A stretch of DNA of 61,070 nt, counting the filler, from Catajapyx aquilonaris (Eukaryota): NCBI GenBank assembly GCA_000934665.2. It is 3 parts of 3 records of this genome, joined end to end, with 100 filler letters (N's around TTAATTAATTAA, not from the genome) between each part and the next. Parts side by side here need not be neighbours in the genome. Positions count along the whole stretch, not along the records: positions 1 to 20,299 come from JYFJ02006299.1; 2 more parts are not named here. The stretch is one strand, 5' to 3'. Positions 1 through 13,239 of this stretch are shown one piece after another. Position numbers and translations under genes: made by a program. The first letter of the stretch is position 1. Each line of letters opens with the position of its first letter. The notes under the pieces are model-generated. The model saw only the letters and a list, made by a program, of their open reading frames with translations. It was not told where the DNA came from and ran no database searches.

Positions 1-570
1 AATTCGCAGTAAAAACCTCGTGACGGTCTCGAATCTCACTGGTACCGACATGGAAAGGAGTAATTGCGGGTCAAAATAAAAAACTGTACCTGGCCGCGGC
101 GGCCGCAAATATCGCCCCAGGAGAAAAATAAGCGCACCATCTCAAAGTGCAACCCTTTCGCGTCCATATACTCCAGTTTCATGCCGATACCTCCATATTT
201 GCGGCCGTGACAGCGAGAGGAAGAAGTGTCAAACTCACGGGCCGGCCCGCGACGGGCTCCCCGCAACAATGGATAGCGTAGCCTAGAGCACGCTCTTAAT
301 AACCCCACCATAATGGACAGGTGCAACAAATCCCTTACATATTCTAAGAGCACAGCACTCTACATAAATATTGGTTGAAAGGCATCATTATGGCATGTTG
401 GCACCAATTAAGTTTTGGTAATGCTCTCATATGAATGATAGAATACTCTGCTGGTTTTCCCTCCTACCAAGGCATATACATGGTGTTCCAGATTCATGGG
501 TCACTTTTTGATAACTGATATAGCCCGATAGCAGTTATTTTTTTGCAGCTTGTTGTGGCCCTAACGATGT

Positions 571-641
571 GCTCCATTCTATAGCACCTGCTATATTCAA
601 CCCCCAGTGGGTCGAATATAGCAGGTGCTATAGAATGGAGC
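571..641. repeat. Short near-perfect hairpin/palindrome (~32-bp arms), mini-MITE-like
   Basis: GCTCCATTCTATAGCACCTGCTATATTC...GAATATAGCAGGTGCTATAGAATGGAGC are reverse complements. Confidence 0.8.
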
Positions 642-891
642 CCTTTTAAATGTAACCTTTTAAAATCTGGATTTTAAAATTCTGTTCCATATATTCCATT
701 TACGTAAATATTTATGGTATGGTGGAAATAACAAGATTCCCCTCTGTAAAAGTAACATTATAAAACCATAGAATTAAAAATTGAGACATGTATAAATATT
801 TTTCGAAAACAATAGAGAGATACAACTGATCCCATGATAGGGATGGTTGTAACTGACGTACAGACATGTAAGAGACGTTTACACCCACATA

Positions 892-1816
892 CAGGGGATG
901 GACAAAATAATAGGGCCCCCTGCAAGAAGCGGTTGAAACTTGGGCATCCGCTTTCTTCAAAAACGGGAAAAGTTACAAATATGACTTTTACCTGGTTTTG
1001 AAGCTCTGTCAATGTACATTTGTGGAGGTATGCAGACAACGCAAAAATCACGAGAAGGGGAGAGAATCAAAAGACGAACAACACCTCCCCCCCAGCCCCA
1101 TTTTTGACCAATGTGTCTCACCCTTTTAATTTGAAAACGAAAATAGTTACAGATATGAACTTTAACTGGGTTCTGAAGCTCTATGGATGCCACCATGTGT
1201 GGTGTACAGATGGACCAATAATAATGAGTGGGGGCGGGACAAGAAAATAGAAACGAAACCCCCATCCCCGGCACTGCTTTAAAGAATAGGAATAATATTT
1301 AATTTAAAAACCAAAACCGTTGCCGAGATGATCTTGACTCAGTTTTTCAGCTCTATTGATGTCATAATGTGGTATACAGATGCCTCAAAAATCCATTATT
1401 TTGGCCAACCCACTGCATACTCGTCCTATTCTTATAATCAGTGCCGGGGAGGGGGGGTGTCATTTCTGTTTTTTCCCCCACGCGTGATTATTATTCCATC
1501 TGTGCACCAGACAAGGTGGCATCCATAGAGCTTCAAACCCCAGTTAAAGTTCACATCTGTTAACTATTTTTGTTTTCAAATTAAAAGGGTGGGAAACTTT
1601 GGTCAAATATTGGGGCCTGGGGGGATGTCGTTCGTCTTTTGTTTCTCCCCCCCTCTCGTAATTTTTGCGTCATGTGCATACCTCCACAAATGTACATCGA
1701 CAGAGCTTCAAAACCAGGTAAACGTCATCTTTGCAACTTTTCCAGTTTTTGAATAAAGCAGACGTGAAGTTTCAACTGCTTTTTGCAGGGGGCCCTGTTA
1801 TTTTGTCCAACCCCGG
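892..1816. mobile_element. Fold-back MITE, Tc1/mariner-type (TA TSD), long diverged inverted arms
   Basis: TA|CAGGGGATGGACAAAATAA ... TTATTTTGTCCAACCCCGG|TA; the arms stay complementary for ~380 bp. Confidence 0.8.
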
Positions 1817-2362
1817 TATATTCTTTGCAATTGTCTTATTCTTGATACAGCTAGATTATTCGGCTCTCAATATAACTGGAAGTGAAATAAGAGTTGACTG
1901 AATAATTATTACCTGATAAAATAAATCACCATAATTGTTAGGTGTGAGTGGCAACAAAGATGAAGACAAGAATTTATTGGCAAGTATCAGCCTATGAGAG
2001 AGAGGGGGGGAGAGGTGGTGGGGGGAGATGCTTCCATTGGTCTTTAATACAATATAAAGGTGGCAAACCCAACTGGACTTGTGAAGTCTCTGCTTTGATA
2101 ATAACCTGTGTGGGTCCAAAGCATGCAATGACGACAATATCATCTCACACAATAATCTTGTCTCTCAATAGCAACTAAGGAAGAGGGTGAACATGAAGTC
2201 AACTGAATAAGTACGTGCCTAGTGATATAACCAGCAAATTTATCAAAATCAACGAGGATGAGTACGTCTTAATAATCTGAAAGGAGCCCATGCCTAAAAT
2301 CACAAGCAAATTTTTCCACCACCCTCTATGTATAATATGACCTCCAAAGAACTTGCACTCAC

Positions 2363-5300
2363 CATCTGGCCTGTGGACTTCAAATTCTTCTTCAGGTCCC
2401 CTAACCTCCAACAAAAAGTCATAGGGGGCCTTTCCCCCACGTCCCCCTCCAGAAATCTCGGATATGGGTTGATCCTCTTGTTCCTCAAAACTGCATTCAA
2501 TGCTGTCATAAAATTTGTCATATCTTACGAGACGGCAACGCTCGATGGGTACTACATCCTCCAGGTCAAACTCCTTTGAATAACCAAAACCAATTAGACT
2601 CACTTGATATCACAGCTCCTCAAGCCACTTACTTTGTATGCCTGCAGAGTGGCCTCCCTAAGGGTGTCTTCTCTATCTAGTCTGAGTTTTGTGTCCACCA
2701 TCCTGCTCTCCGTTGGATGGTTTAAATACACCTTCACCTTGCATAAGCTCTTCTCACGTTCACGTGCTGCCCTTTCAAGCTCCTCCCGTTCACGAAGGGA
2801 TTCAAGAAGGCCCTGTACAAATAGTAACATTCCTTAATTTTAATTTGCCTTAGAAGTCGGTTCACACTCATCACCTTTATGTGCTCAGGGAAGTGTTCTT
2901 GTGCAATGGGTTCCGTGTTTCTACATTTATCAATTTGTCTATACATCAGCATGTATGCATTGGTGCTTGAGCTATATGCTCCAGAATAGTATGCACGGGT
3001 AGGGCCTCCACCATATGTCTTCCGGATGTCATCATATGTGATCTGCCAAAAGAAGTACATATGTATCATTTGGGGCAATTCAGTAAGTGTACTTATGTCG
3101 ACTAATGTACCATTCTAAACAGAAACCGCATTATATTGTACATAAATCAATGCCTTTTACAATGCAACTTAAATTCATCAATCATACCAAATCTCTGGCC
3201 ATCGTTCAGCAGTACTTCTGTCATGTATCGATATTTGAACATGATCTTTCAATGCAGGTGCCAGTCATTGTTTTGTTGAGGATTCCATTACATGCATTTG
3301 TCATTATATTCCTCTAATTTTTAAGACAAAAAGAAGCATATTTCACCAAATTCAACTTTAAATGACACACCAAACAAACAACTCGACACTCCCCAGTTAA
3401 CATTTAACATATGAATGTTGTAACAAATGCACGTAATGGAAGCCATTTTTGTCCAAGCATTCCCACGTTTGGAAACACAGAGTGGTAGAAAACACCCATA
3501 AACATAGGAGAGAATCTCTCTAAGCACTTCCCACATAAGAAAATCCCATCTGAATGTAGGATCAATCATGACACCTGAGAAGTGGAAGACTATGGCATCA
3601 CTCACTGTACGGGGTTGGACATTAATCACACCGTATTATTGCTAACGACATTTTCTGATGGGGCAGGATTGCAAATCAAAGTGATAGAGTGCACGCCGTG
3701 CGAGTAAGAAATGGTAGGCCTTGGGTGACGTCACTGGCTGGGGACAAGCCTTTTTCTACATTGCCCCCCAGCCGGTGACGTCACTCAAGGCCTACCACTT
3801 CTTACTCGCACGGCTCGCACTTTATCACTTCGAATTGCAATTCTGCCGCATCAGAAAATGACGCTAGCAGTATGACGGAATTAATGTCCAGCACTGTACT
3901 ACTGTACATTGTACCACCCAGTTAAAGTACAGTCACAGTTTGATAATGCAGCCCATCATGCAATGATTATTCACAAGTCACTCACCTCACTGATGTAATG
4001 TTTAAGAAATAACTTGGGACTTGAAATATTAGATTTGAGATAGAATCCTTTCCATATTGGATCATGCATGATAGGAAGAGGTAGCACATTTCATAGCACT
4101 TATTTTCTAAGAATTCCTAATAGAGTAGATGAACACTACCTCTCCTCTTGCGCGGAAAAATTAAAACTTTACACTCACATTTGAGACAAGCTGGTCATTG
4201 AAACAGAACCACTCTTGCAGCTGGAAGTCCTTGACATACGCATAATAATGCCCACCAGATGCACTCCCTGAGTGGATCATAATGGAGAACAACTCGTAGT
4301 CATATGGCCCTGCAGTACACTGCGGTGTTGAGTTCTGGCGGTTGCGTTCATTCTCCTGCTGCACGACAATGGGAGGTGATGGATGTGAAGTTGATCCACC
4401 ACCACTAAGGTCTATTCCTTCATCATCATCATCTTGCTCTGCTGTGCGGGGGTCCATTCCCATGCCTGTGCCTATATCTGTCCCAGCACAAGAAGTGGTT
4501 TCTTCATCCAAACCTGAACCACTGTCGGTAGTGCTGCTGTCATCGCATTTTCCAGGTAGATCATCAAGAAGTGTTTCCTCACCCAAGGCATGCACAAAAC
4601 TATTCAGGTTCAAGGTCTCTGGAAAGGTCACCCTGTAGTGGAAAAAAAAATCAATAAAATATACTAAAAGTAAATAATATTTTCATGATGAGCAATTAAT
4701 TAGCCTTTGGAACAGAAAAGTTTCAACCTACTTGTCATTGAGCTTGATACGATGTAAGGTAGCATAGTCAAAGTCGAACCTCTTCAGATGGATGGTGAGA
4801 ATGTATGGGAATTTAGAGAATTTGAGTCCCTTGTGAGCATCGCACTTCTTGTCACACTTCTCACAAAAGTACTGGTTGTTCCCCTCTAGAATTTCTGGCT
4901 GGACAAAGGCACGCAAAGCCTCTTCCTACAAAAAATTGAAGGCTACAATGGTAACCGCAATTGCACTTCCTACAAAGCAGAACATGGCACTGACCACACT
5001 CCCATATGCTGTGGAACTTCCAAAGGGCCTGACAGGCAAGGGTATGTCAAGGAAAGTATCCTCCCGTTGCTTCTCTGTGCCACATTCAAGGCACTTCACA
5101 TAATCAATCATCTTCCCCTCATAGAGGCGGGATATTAAGTCAGACTGGTCAGTGTTTCTGAACTTCTGTTCCAAGGCATCAAACATCACTCGGCACAACT
5201 CCTGAATGTCATGCTGCTGCCATGCCTCCGACGAATCCCACCCAAAGCTGCGGGTCAGCTCGGTTGTTTCCACTGCCTGCTTGTCTGAGGTCTATGCAAA

Positions 5301-8152
5301 AAAATGAAGAACAATGTGCTCTGTAATGTAATGTAAACCACTTAGAGCAGTGTTTCCCAAACTTGGGGTCGTGAACATAATATTTGGGGTTGCGAGGAAG
5401 GGAAATAACTTGTTTTTACAAAATGATTCTATCTCTCTTGAAAAATATGCCCATGTAAAATGTAAAAGCAAAGATGTGTTCTGAGCATGGCCCACTACAC
5501 TAACCCAGCTGAAAGTCATATTCTCATATTGCATAATTGGGTTCGTTCGTCCACACGTGTCTCAACACTGAGTAAGATACAGAACAATTTAGATGCTCAA
5601 CAATAAAATTATCAATGATTGTCACGACTATCATTGTGCTATAGGCTATGTGTCTTTTCATGTTGGTGGATTAAAATGTGCATATGGGTGACGGGAGAGT
5701 AGTGGTACGCTAGTGTGACGTGGGGAGGGGTTTGATGTGCAAAGTGGGGGCCGCGAATTTTATGATACAATTTTCTGGAGTTGCCAACGAAAAAGATTGG
5801 GAAGCACTGATTTAGAGTAACAATAAAAGTACAACTGATCACATGGAACGTAAAAACTGATATTGAAATAAATCGTATGTTCGAATTAACATGTTCAATT
5901 ACTGTTGCACGACATAAAATACAGGATGTGCATATTTAGATTAAAGCCTTCTCTATTTCAGATGGTAAGAAATTATTAAATCAATGTAATGGAGTAAAAT
6001 ATATCAAATTGGAACTAAGAACTGGCATAGTTTTCCTTAATGAAATTAGCTGGTGTTTGAAATCTCTGCATTACAGTAATCAGTTCTAACAAAGTGCCTT
6101 GGAACTACTTTGTCACTTAAGGGGGCACTACAGTCATCACCCTTCAAAAATTCGATTTTTAAAGTTTTATTTTTGAAAAAAATAAAGCGTCTTTTCCTGC
6201 GTCGAACGCGGGAAACAGCGTCCCGAAATTCAAATAATTGGCGCGTCGGGAGTGGACGCCTGGCAACCAGCCCTGGAAACGACTTTCGGTTCCCCCTCCT
6301 CTCCCCATCTACCCGCTGGCATGAGCGCCATCAGGTGCTGCTCCCGCGCGGACGCGGAGGCACTACACCGGTCCTGATGGCAATAGCTCGTCTGTGTGAC
6401 ACTAACGTATTTTTTGAATCACATTATCGCTCTGTTATGTTACCCTACTTTTAACACATTTTTCTCAGTTTGCCAGATTTGGACACTGTCGACATCGCCC
6501 AGGCCACAAAAATTTAGCTACGGACTTCCCACTTAACCAGATTTATCCTCAAACATGGTGCTATCATTCGGCCTAAAAGAATTAGCCTGCTCGAACTACT
6601 TCTATTTTTACTTTAATTAAATGTTTTTCAAAACTGTAGTTATCTTTCTGAAATCGTCAAAAAAATACTAAAACGATTTCAAAAATTATAATTCTAGGTC
6701 AAATGAAAACTACATGCTCAAGGAAGCCTGAGGTCTAATCTGACGGTTGTAGGTTGACCCCAGCGTCCTAAATCGTGTCGACAGTGGCTTGATGTCACGT
6801 GGCCCTGGAGGCCCTTTGACACATGAACGTGACTCGATTATTGCCGCTAATAGGTCTTTGACTTAGGGGTCGTCCATATACCACGTGACCGTTTTGGGGG
6901 GAGGGGGGGGGGGTGCTGATATACCACGGTTGGTCACGGGGGGGAGGGGGGGGGGTCGGCGAAAATTCACGTGGTATCTCTGAACACAGTGAATTNTGCG
7001 GAGCTGTCAATTTCGATCGCGTTTTTTCGACATTTAAAAAAACCACGTGAAAAAGGGGGGGGGGGGTTCCAATGGATACCACGGTCGGTCACTGGGGGGG
7101 AGGGGGGGTCAAAAAGTGCCCGAAAATCGGTCACGTGGTTTATGGACGACCCCTTATGAACATTCATGAAAATGAAGTCCCAAATTCTTGTTTCGAATGG
7201 GGTTTTTTTTGGCGATTTTTTACAAAACCCTTGATTTTGACTGTAGTGCCCCCTTAAGAAGTATGAGATAGTGAAACAGTCTACATTTTACAAATGTGAA
7301 ATGTCAGTTCACTTGTCTAGGAAGGACAGGGCATGGCTGTAGCTACAATCCTATAACAAAATGATTTTATCAACATATCCATCACCAACAACTCAGAAAT
7401 CCTATGCTAAGCGTGCTCCAGAAGATATTATTGATTTGGAAATTTTGCAAATGCAGGTGATAGATCATGAGTTTCCAGTTGAGAAAGTCAGCTTCAACCA
7501 ACACTAAAATAAACCTTTAGAACAGTGCTTCCCAAACTGTGGGTCACGAGGGAGGGTAACAAATTTTCACAAAGTGATTCTCTCTCTCTCTTGAAAATTA
7601 TGCCTATAAGGAAAGTTCCAGAACAATTCTGATACTAGACAGGGAGATGCAGTGGCGCTGCGGTAACGTACGTGCCCACGGATGTTAAGGTCCCGGGTTT
7701 GAACCCAACCCGGGGATACCCCTTTCATCTCGTGCAGAGTCCTCAGGTCGTCTCTGGTTTCATTTCGGGTGGTATTTCCGACAGACTAAGCCACCCAGGG
7801 GAGCTTACAAAATTACCTTGCTAGTCAATGCACTGCACCTTGCACATCCCCTCCCAGTCCCCCTGCCTGTAGGCCCGGGTGCTTCTAACATGGCCTAAGT
7901 TTCTATCGAACTTTAATCGATGGCGTATAGGAGCAATGGGTCTCCCCGAATACCCTGTAAGGGGTGGCAAGGGGTATTTAAAATAATAATAATAATAATA
8001 CTAGACAATGGTTATCAATGATTTTAATTTCACTGTTTACCTGTCTTTTCATGTTGGGGGGATCAAAATGTGCACATCAGGAGGGTAGCGAATTTTACGA
8101 GACCATTTTTTGGTGTCGCCAACGAAAAAGATTGGGAAGCACTGCTTCAGAA

Positions 8153-8194
<42 letters not shown>

Positions 8195-11100
8195 CAAATA
8201 CAGAAAGTACAGCCCTCCATATTGCATAGTAATCGTGTGCATGAGGAAATCAGAGGCAGCACACTTGGTGGCACTACTATAAGCATTTTCTGCAGGTCAA
8301 GGACCAGTGCATGCTGTTAGTGAAGCTATGGCTGTGGATAAATTGACAATGCGAGGCTAGCAGGGCCTCCTGGAAGTTCAGAAGTTAATATTATTTACAA
8401 CACACATCTTGGTATTTTCTGCTCTTTCATGTATACGAGGTGTGATCAAAAAGTTCCCGGATTTTCGGTATACCGTGCAAACCAGTGGAGATACGAACTT
8501 GTGATGCTACGGGGAGCTAGGAGCACCTTTCAGCTATTAGTCTGAAAAATATCGTCTTCATACGTGCAGATGTTTCCGAGTTTCGGCAGTTTTATTGACA
8601 CCGTGTTCTTGTGCTTCTGCGATTTTTCTAAATGGCTGAAGTTAGGGAGGAAAGGATTTGTATTAAATTTTGCTTCCAGCTCAACAAAATTTCGGCTGCA
8701 ACCCACCGAATGCTGAACAAGGCTTTTGATGAGTAATATGTAAGACAAGCAATAACATATGAGTGGGTTAACAGCTTCAAAAGTGACGCGCCAAGTTCGC
8801 AGCAAAATCAACTCAATGCTGATCATTTTCTTTGACATTATAGGAATTGTGCATATGGAGTTTCTCCCTCATGGTAAAGCTGTCAACGGCAAGTCTTACT
8901 GCGATGGTTTGAGACAATTTAGGCTCAATTGGCCGGAGATATGGAAGAACAGAGACAGGTTGCGGCACCATGACAATGCCACCTGCACACACCTCACGCG
9001 TAGTCAGGGACTTCCTGACAAAAAACAACATGACCACTGTTCCACACCCTGCATATTCGTTCGTCCTGGCACCACGTGATTTCTACCTCTTCCCTAAAAT
9101 GAAACTTGGGTAGAAAAGGAGGCATTTTGACTCCACTAAAGATCTCTAAGCAAAATCACAGCAGGTGCTGAACACGCAACAGCTAGCCAATTTTTTGGGG
9201 TGCTTCCAAAAATGGGAAATTCGCTGGTATCGTTGTATACGTGCCCAAGGTAACTACTTTGAAGGTGGCAGTGGAAATTAGGACTTAAAGTAAATATTAA
9301 TAGTTTTATGAACACAGTCTGGGAACTTTTTGATCACACCTCGTACAGTGAAACCACAACAAAAGAAGGTTAATGAAGTTTAATTGGCATTAAAATTAGT
9401 TCTATTATGTTAGTCTACTGATTTTCAATATTACCTGTAGCTGAAGGAAGAGCTTCTGCAGTTGATAGGGAATTGATTTTCCCTCCTCTTCCTCCTTCCC
9501 ATCAAATTCCCACCTGTACATGGCATTGCGGAATTCGGGAGTCATGAAAAGAGCTTGAAGGAGACTGTTCAAATAGCATGTCATGGCCTGGTTAACAAGT
9601 CCAACATGCCCACTTGATCCATCTAGTCTAAGGTGATTGGATGACGATGAGTCTGGGTAGTCAGAATTGATCACAGGGGCCAGAGGGGATTGGTTGTCAC
9701 TGCCTTTTCCATCTGAAGTTGAGCCAGAGGCAGACAACAGCTGGGTGCTTGTTTTCTCCGTTATAATGAGCCGGTTACGCATATCTGGGTCACAGGAAAA
9801 GCCAACTGATTCCAGAGTATGATTCTTCAGGTCATTCAGCACAACCTGCACAAGAAATGGAAAAGGAGTCTTCAGGTTACAATAGCAAGTGATTAAATTC
9901 AATTCCATAGTATTATTCACTTCAGCTATTCAGTACAGATTCTAAAAATCCACTGGCTAGGGGTTGTAATGCTGGTGGAGAAATTTGATATCAGCGTAAT
10001 GGATCATGAGAAGGAGGCAAAGGGTCCAGTTAAGCATAACATCACCCACTGTAGAATAGCAATTTTAAAATGGCAATTCAAAATCAGTAGAAATTTTAAT
10101 GAATCAAATTCCTTTCTCCATCCAGATCCCTACACTCTGATTTTTCAAGACTGAAATGACACCACCACACCATTGTTGTCATTGTATGGTGCCTTACTTA
10201 TAAATGGACAATGATAAAGTCATCACAACCATTAAAAATCAAGTGTGTCATTCTTAAGGCAACAATTTGTAAATTGGCCCCTGGCTCTTTCTGCAGCGGG
10301 CTACATATACTTTTAGGACGAACCCTTAACATCACCCATGAACAGTGTTAATGTAAATATAAATTTAAAATCTGGTTCAAAGAAGATGTGTTCTATCACA
10401 TACCCAGACCATCTCTAGGTCATATTCATGACAAATCACCATTATGCTGATCCAAATCAGTTATCAACATTACGTGGCACATTTTAAACACAGGGTGGTA
10501 CACTAACGCCTCGTTCACCGAGGCCACCAAGGTGACGCCACCACGTCTTTGCATTTCTGCAAGTGAAGCCTTTCACACGTGGTGGTGGCCACGTCCTTGG
10601 TCGTACCGCCAGAACGCCACCAGAAATACTGATGGCAGGCAGGGCGATTTTTGGCGCGACCAACGGGAAGCGCCGCCACATGTTTGCATCGAATCATATG
10701 AAGCCTTTCCCACAAGACGCGACATTTCTTGCAGCCAGACATGCATTTTGAGACTGCAGCTCCGCTGGTGGAGAGTTCATGGTGGCAAACAAATCTGCAA
10801 CACACGGCCAGAGAAGCGCTGCCTTTATGCGGTGGCGTGTCCATGGTGGCCTCGTGTGAAAGAGGCCTATGTTGACAACTCCAACAGTGAGGTGGGTTTA
10901 AATATCACAACTTGCTTGTTCCAGTTGCATATGCCCATGGGTTCCCACTGGTTGATCTGGTGACTTGTACATGAGAGTACAGTTTGAGACTCGAGCAAGT
11001 AATCCATCACATTTAACCCTGCCCCATTGTTGGAGGAATCAACTTAGGCAGTGTGTCACCCTGGCCACAGCACCATGCCATTTCCCACTACTCTCACAAG

Positions 11101-11320
11101 TACTTGCAGCATGCTTATCAGCTCAGCTCACCGACTCGTTGTCCCCAGGCCTCTGAAGGATGAGCTCGAATGTGTCAACCACATACTCCGCCACCTTGGC
11201 AACTGACTCAACCAGTTCCCCAACTGTGGCTGATGGGTTCATATCCATGTTGTACCGCTGCATGCTCCAGTTCGATGATGTCATATCCCTTATGACACAT
11301 GTGCACTTGCCTTCTGCCAT
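2363..11320 (-). CDS. USP47: Ubiquitin carboxyl-terminal hydrolase 47 (USP47/Ubp64E), 8 coding exons, 3'-partial
   Basis: Phase-compatible GT-AG exons 11320(or 11338)-11132, 9845-9435, 5291-4995, 4925-4732, 4632-4179, 3042-2875, 2812-2633, 2573-2363. Cys box [33 protein letters not shown], His box [13 protein letters not shown] and [13 protein letters not shown] are typical of USP47. No further exon recognised before the window start. Confidence 0.95.
3610..3896. mobile_element. Palindromic MITE, Tc1/mariner-type, in a USP47 intron
   Basis: TA-flanked; GGACATTAAT...ATTAATGTCC termini; almost the whole element is self-complementary. Confidence 0.75.
5348..5809. mobile_element. hAT (Charlie-like) MITE
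   Basis: CAGTGTTTCCCAA...TTGGGAAGCACTG TIRs; near-identical 8-bp flanks ACTTAGAG/ATTTAGAG; related copy at 7523-8144. Confidence 0.75.
6121..7253. mobile_element. Non-autonomous TTAA-specific DNA transposon (Kolobok-like)
   Basis: TTAA|GGGGGCACTACAGTCA ... TGACTGTAGTGCCCCC|TTAA. Confidence 0.8.
6866..7153. mobile_element. PIF/Harbinger-type MITE nested in the 6121-7253 element
   Basis: TTA|GGGGTCGTCCATA ... TATGGACGACCCC|TTA (3-bp TWA TSD). Confidence 0.8.
7523..8144. mobile_element. hAT (Charlie-like) MITE interrupted by a SINE
   Basis: CAGTGCTTCCCAA...TTGGGAAGCACTG; flanks CTTTAGAA/CTTCAGAA. Confidence 0.7.
7642..7997 (+). mobile_element. tRNA-derived SINE, family A
   Basis: A-box-like GTGGCGCTGCGG, B-box-like GGTTTGAACCC, (AAT)n tail, 10-bp TSD ATACTAGACA (7632-7641, 7998-8007). 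Confidence 0.85.
8436..9343 (+). mobile_element. Decayed, internally deleted mariner element
   Basis: TA|CGAGGTGTGATCAAAAAGTTCCC TIRs at both ends; transposase remnants [24 protein letters not shown] and DFYLFPKMK with frameshifts. Confidence 0.9.
10508..10866. mobile_element. Diverged Harbinger-like MITE
   Basis: GCCTCGTTCAC..GAGGCCACCA / TGGTGGCCTCGTGTGAAAGAGGC imperfect TIRs. Confidence 0.55.
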
Positions 11321-11450
11321 GCTGCACACCAGTTCTTGCTGCATTTTAAAGTGGAGAAGAAATAATAAGTATTAAAAATTATTCTTGTTGCTTTTCACAG
11401 AACAAAAAACATAATCATCAGAATGCCACACAGAGACATTTCTAAATTAA

Positions 11451-12154
11451 GCCCTTCCCTACCAGATCTAGGTGATGAGATTCTTTCTGTTCAACTTGCA
11501 TGTATTCTGAAGGTACGGACACGATATTTTACAAATAATAACAGCTATACTTACATGTTCATGCTGTACACTATGAATATGTTTGGAACAATTTTCCCCT
11601 TCTAGAAGTCGCAAAATTAATTTCCAAAAAGATCGCCTTAAAAACTCGAAATTAAATTACTACCGGCCAACTGTTAGGCTGAATTAATTATCAAATATGT
11701 CAAAATATACTGAATAACAACCTTGAGAATCGTGCTATGAAGAATCTGTTGAAATCGTCGTACTTTGTGAGAAGTAAATTAATTCTTACTGAGGCTTGCC
11801 TCTCACTTTGGAAAACTCCAAAATTGATTTAATTCTCGTCAAGTACGACAGTTTCAGGAGATTCGTCATAGCACAATTCTCAAGGTTGTTATTCCATATA
11901 TTTTAATGTGTTTCGAAATTAAATCAGCCTAACAGTTGGCAGGTAGTAATTTAATTTCAAGTTTTTACGACGATCTTTTTGGTAATTAATTTTGTGACTC
12001 CTAGAAGTGGAAAATGGTTCCAAACATATTCAGTGTACAGCATGAATGTGTAAGTATAGGTGTTATTATTTGTCAAATATCTTGTCCGTATCTTCAGAGT
12101 AAATGCAAGTTGAACAGAAACGAATCTCATTGCATAGATCTGGTAGGGAAGGGG
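11451..12154. mobile_element. piggyBac-type fold-back MITE (TTAA TSD), ~330-bp arms
   Basis: TTAA|GCCCTTCCCTACCAGATCTA ... TAGATCTGGTAGGGAAGGGG|TTAA; nearly the whole element is palindromic. Confidence 0.8.
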
Positions 12155-12688
12155 TTAAGTAGTACTGCTGCAAAAGAGTGGCATGCCTTCTGGTTCTTTT
12201 CTGGAGGCATAGCCTATTTCTTTTTAGGCAGCAACCACACTAATGCCATTGCTACGTATGATAACAAAAATGTGTAAGTTACGGATGGTTCACAAGCTTG
12301 CAAGAAAAGCTTTCTCACCAAGCTTTTTGGCAGTGAAGTGCACCCCATTTGCTCATGCTATGAGTACCAGTGCTAATGAAAAACTGGAGTGCAACTCACT
12401 GCTAAAATATAGCAAGAAGTCACTTCTCACAAGCCTGTGAACCCATATTTAGAAAGTAAAACACATTATGTGCCTTTTCAGAATCTTTCCAAGAAAATTA
12501 ATTTCCCTTCCTCTGTGCCGTGTATTTACAGCTGTAAAAGCTTTTGAATGCTGGCATATTTTGCACACAACTTGTTGGGGTCAAATGGTGCAAATCTACG
12601 CATTGAGATAAGACTTTCCAGCATGTCCTTCTTAAACCACAGAAAAAACTTCCTTAATTACCTGCTCAGGCTGATTCATACTGTACAG

Positions 12689-12817
12689 TGGTGGAAATTA
12701 ATGGAGACGCACAAGTGTCGCCTCCTGGCTGAGTTTTTCCTCTACATGAAGCAGCTTCATGTAGAGGAAAAACTCCGCCAGGAGGCGACACTTGTGCCTC
12801 TCCATTAATTTCCGCCA
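12689..12817. repeat. Near-perfect ~129-bp palindrome
   Basis: TGGTGGAAATTAATGGAGA...CTACATGAAGC-A-GCTTCATGTAG...TCTCCATTAATTTCCGCCA. Confidence 0.85.
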
Positions 12818-12848
12818 TGGCCTTAGAATACGAAGGTCTGGTCACTTC

Positions 12849-13144
12849 CTCTTATCGCCTGACGGGGCGTTTTGCAGGTGGTGCTCACTTGAGAGTGCCT
12901 GTCAGATCTGAGAATACATGTGGTGACCCTACCGGACTGCGCTGGACTTAGGCAGAAGGGAAAAGTCAGTCAAAATTAAGAATCTCCTACTCGAGCCTAC
13001 GTATGAGATTCTTAATTTTGACCGACTCTTCCCTTCTATACCTAAGTTCAGCACACTCCGGTAGGGTCGCCACGTATGTATAGAGCTGTGAAAGGCACTC
13101 TCAAGTGAGCACCTCCCGCAAAACGCGCTGTCAGGCGATAAGAG
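12849..13144. mobile_element. MITE-like element with ~50-bp inverted arms
   Basis: CTCTTATCGCCTGAC...GTGCTCACTTGAGAGTGCCT versus AGGCACTCTCAAGTGAGCAC...GTCAGGCGATAAGAG. Confidence 0.6.
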
Positions 13145-13188
13145 CTGATGATAGGGGGAGTGTCCGGGGGCTGATTTCCACAGCACCA

Positions 13189-13239
13189 TTACTAGCCTCA
13201 CTATGTTGGTGGTAGTCACCAACATAGTGAGGCTAGTAA
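13189..13239. repeat. Perfect 23-bp stem, 5-nt loop hairpin
   Basis: TTACTAGCCTCACTATGTTGGTG-GTAGT-CACCAACATAGTGAGGCTAGTAA. Confidence 0.9.

Noticed and set aside
7723..7748. Second hammerhead (CTGAGGA...GAAA on the minus strand of SINE A)
   Set aside because: GAAA does not follow stem II directly, there is no stem I/III pairing, and it is not conserved in other copies
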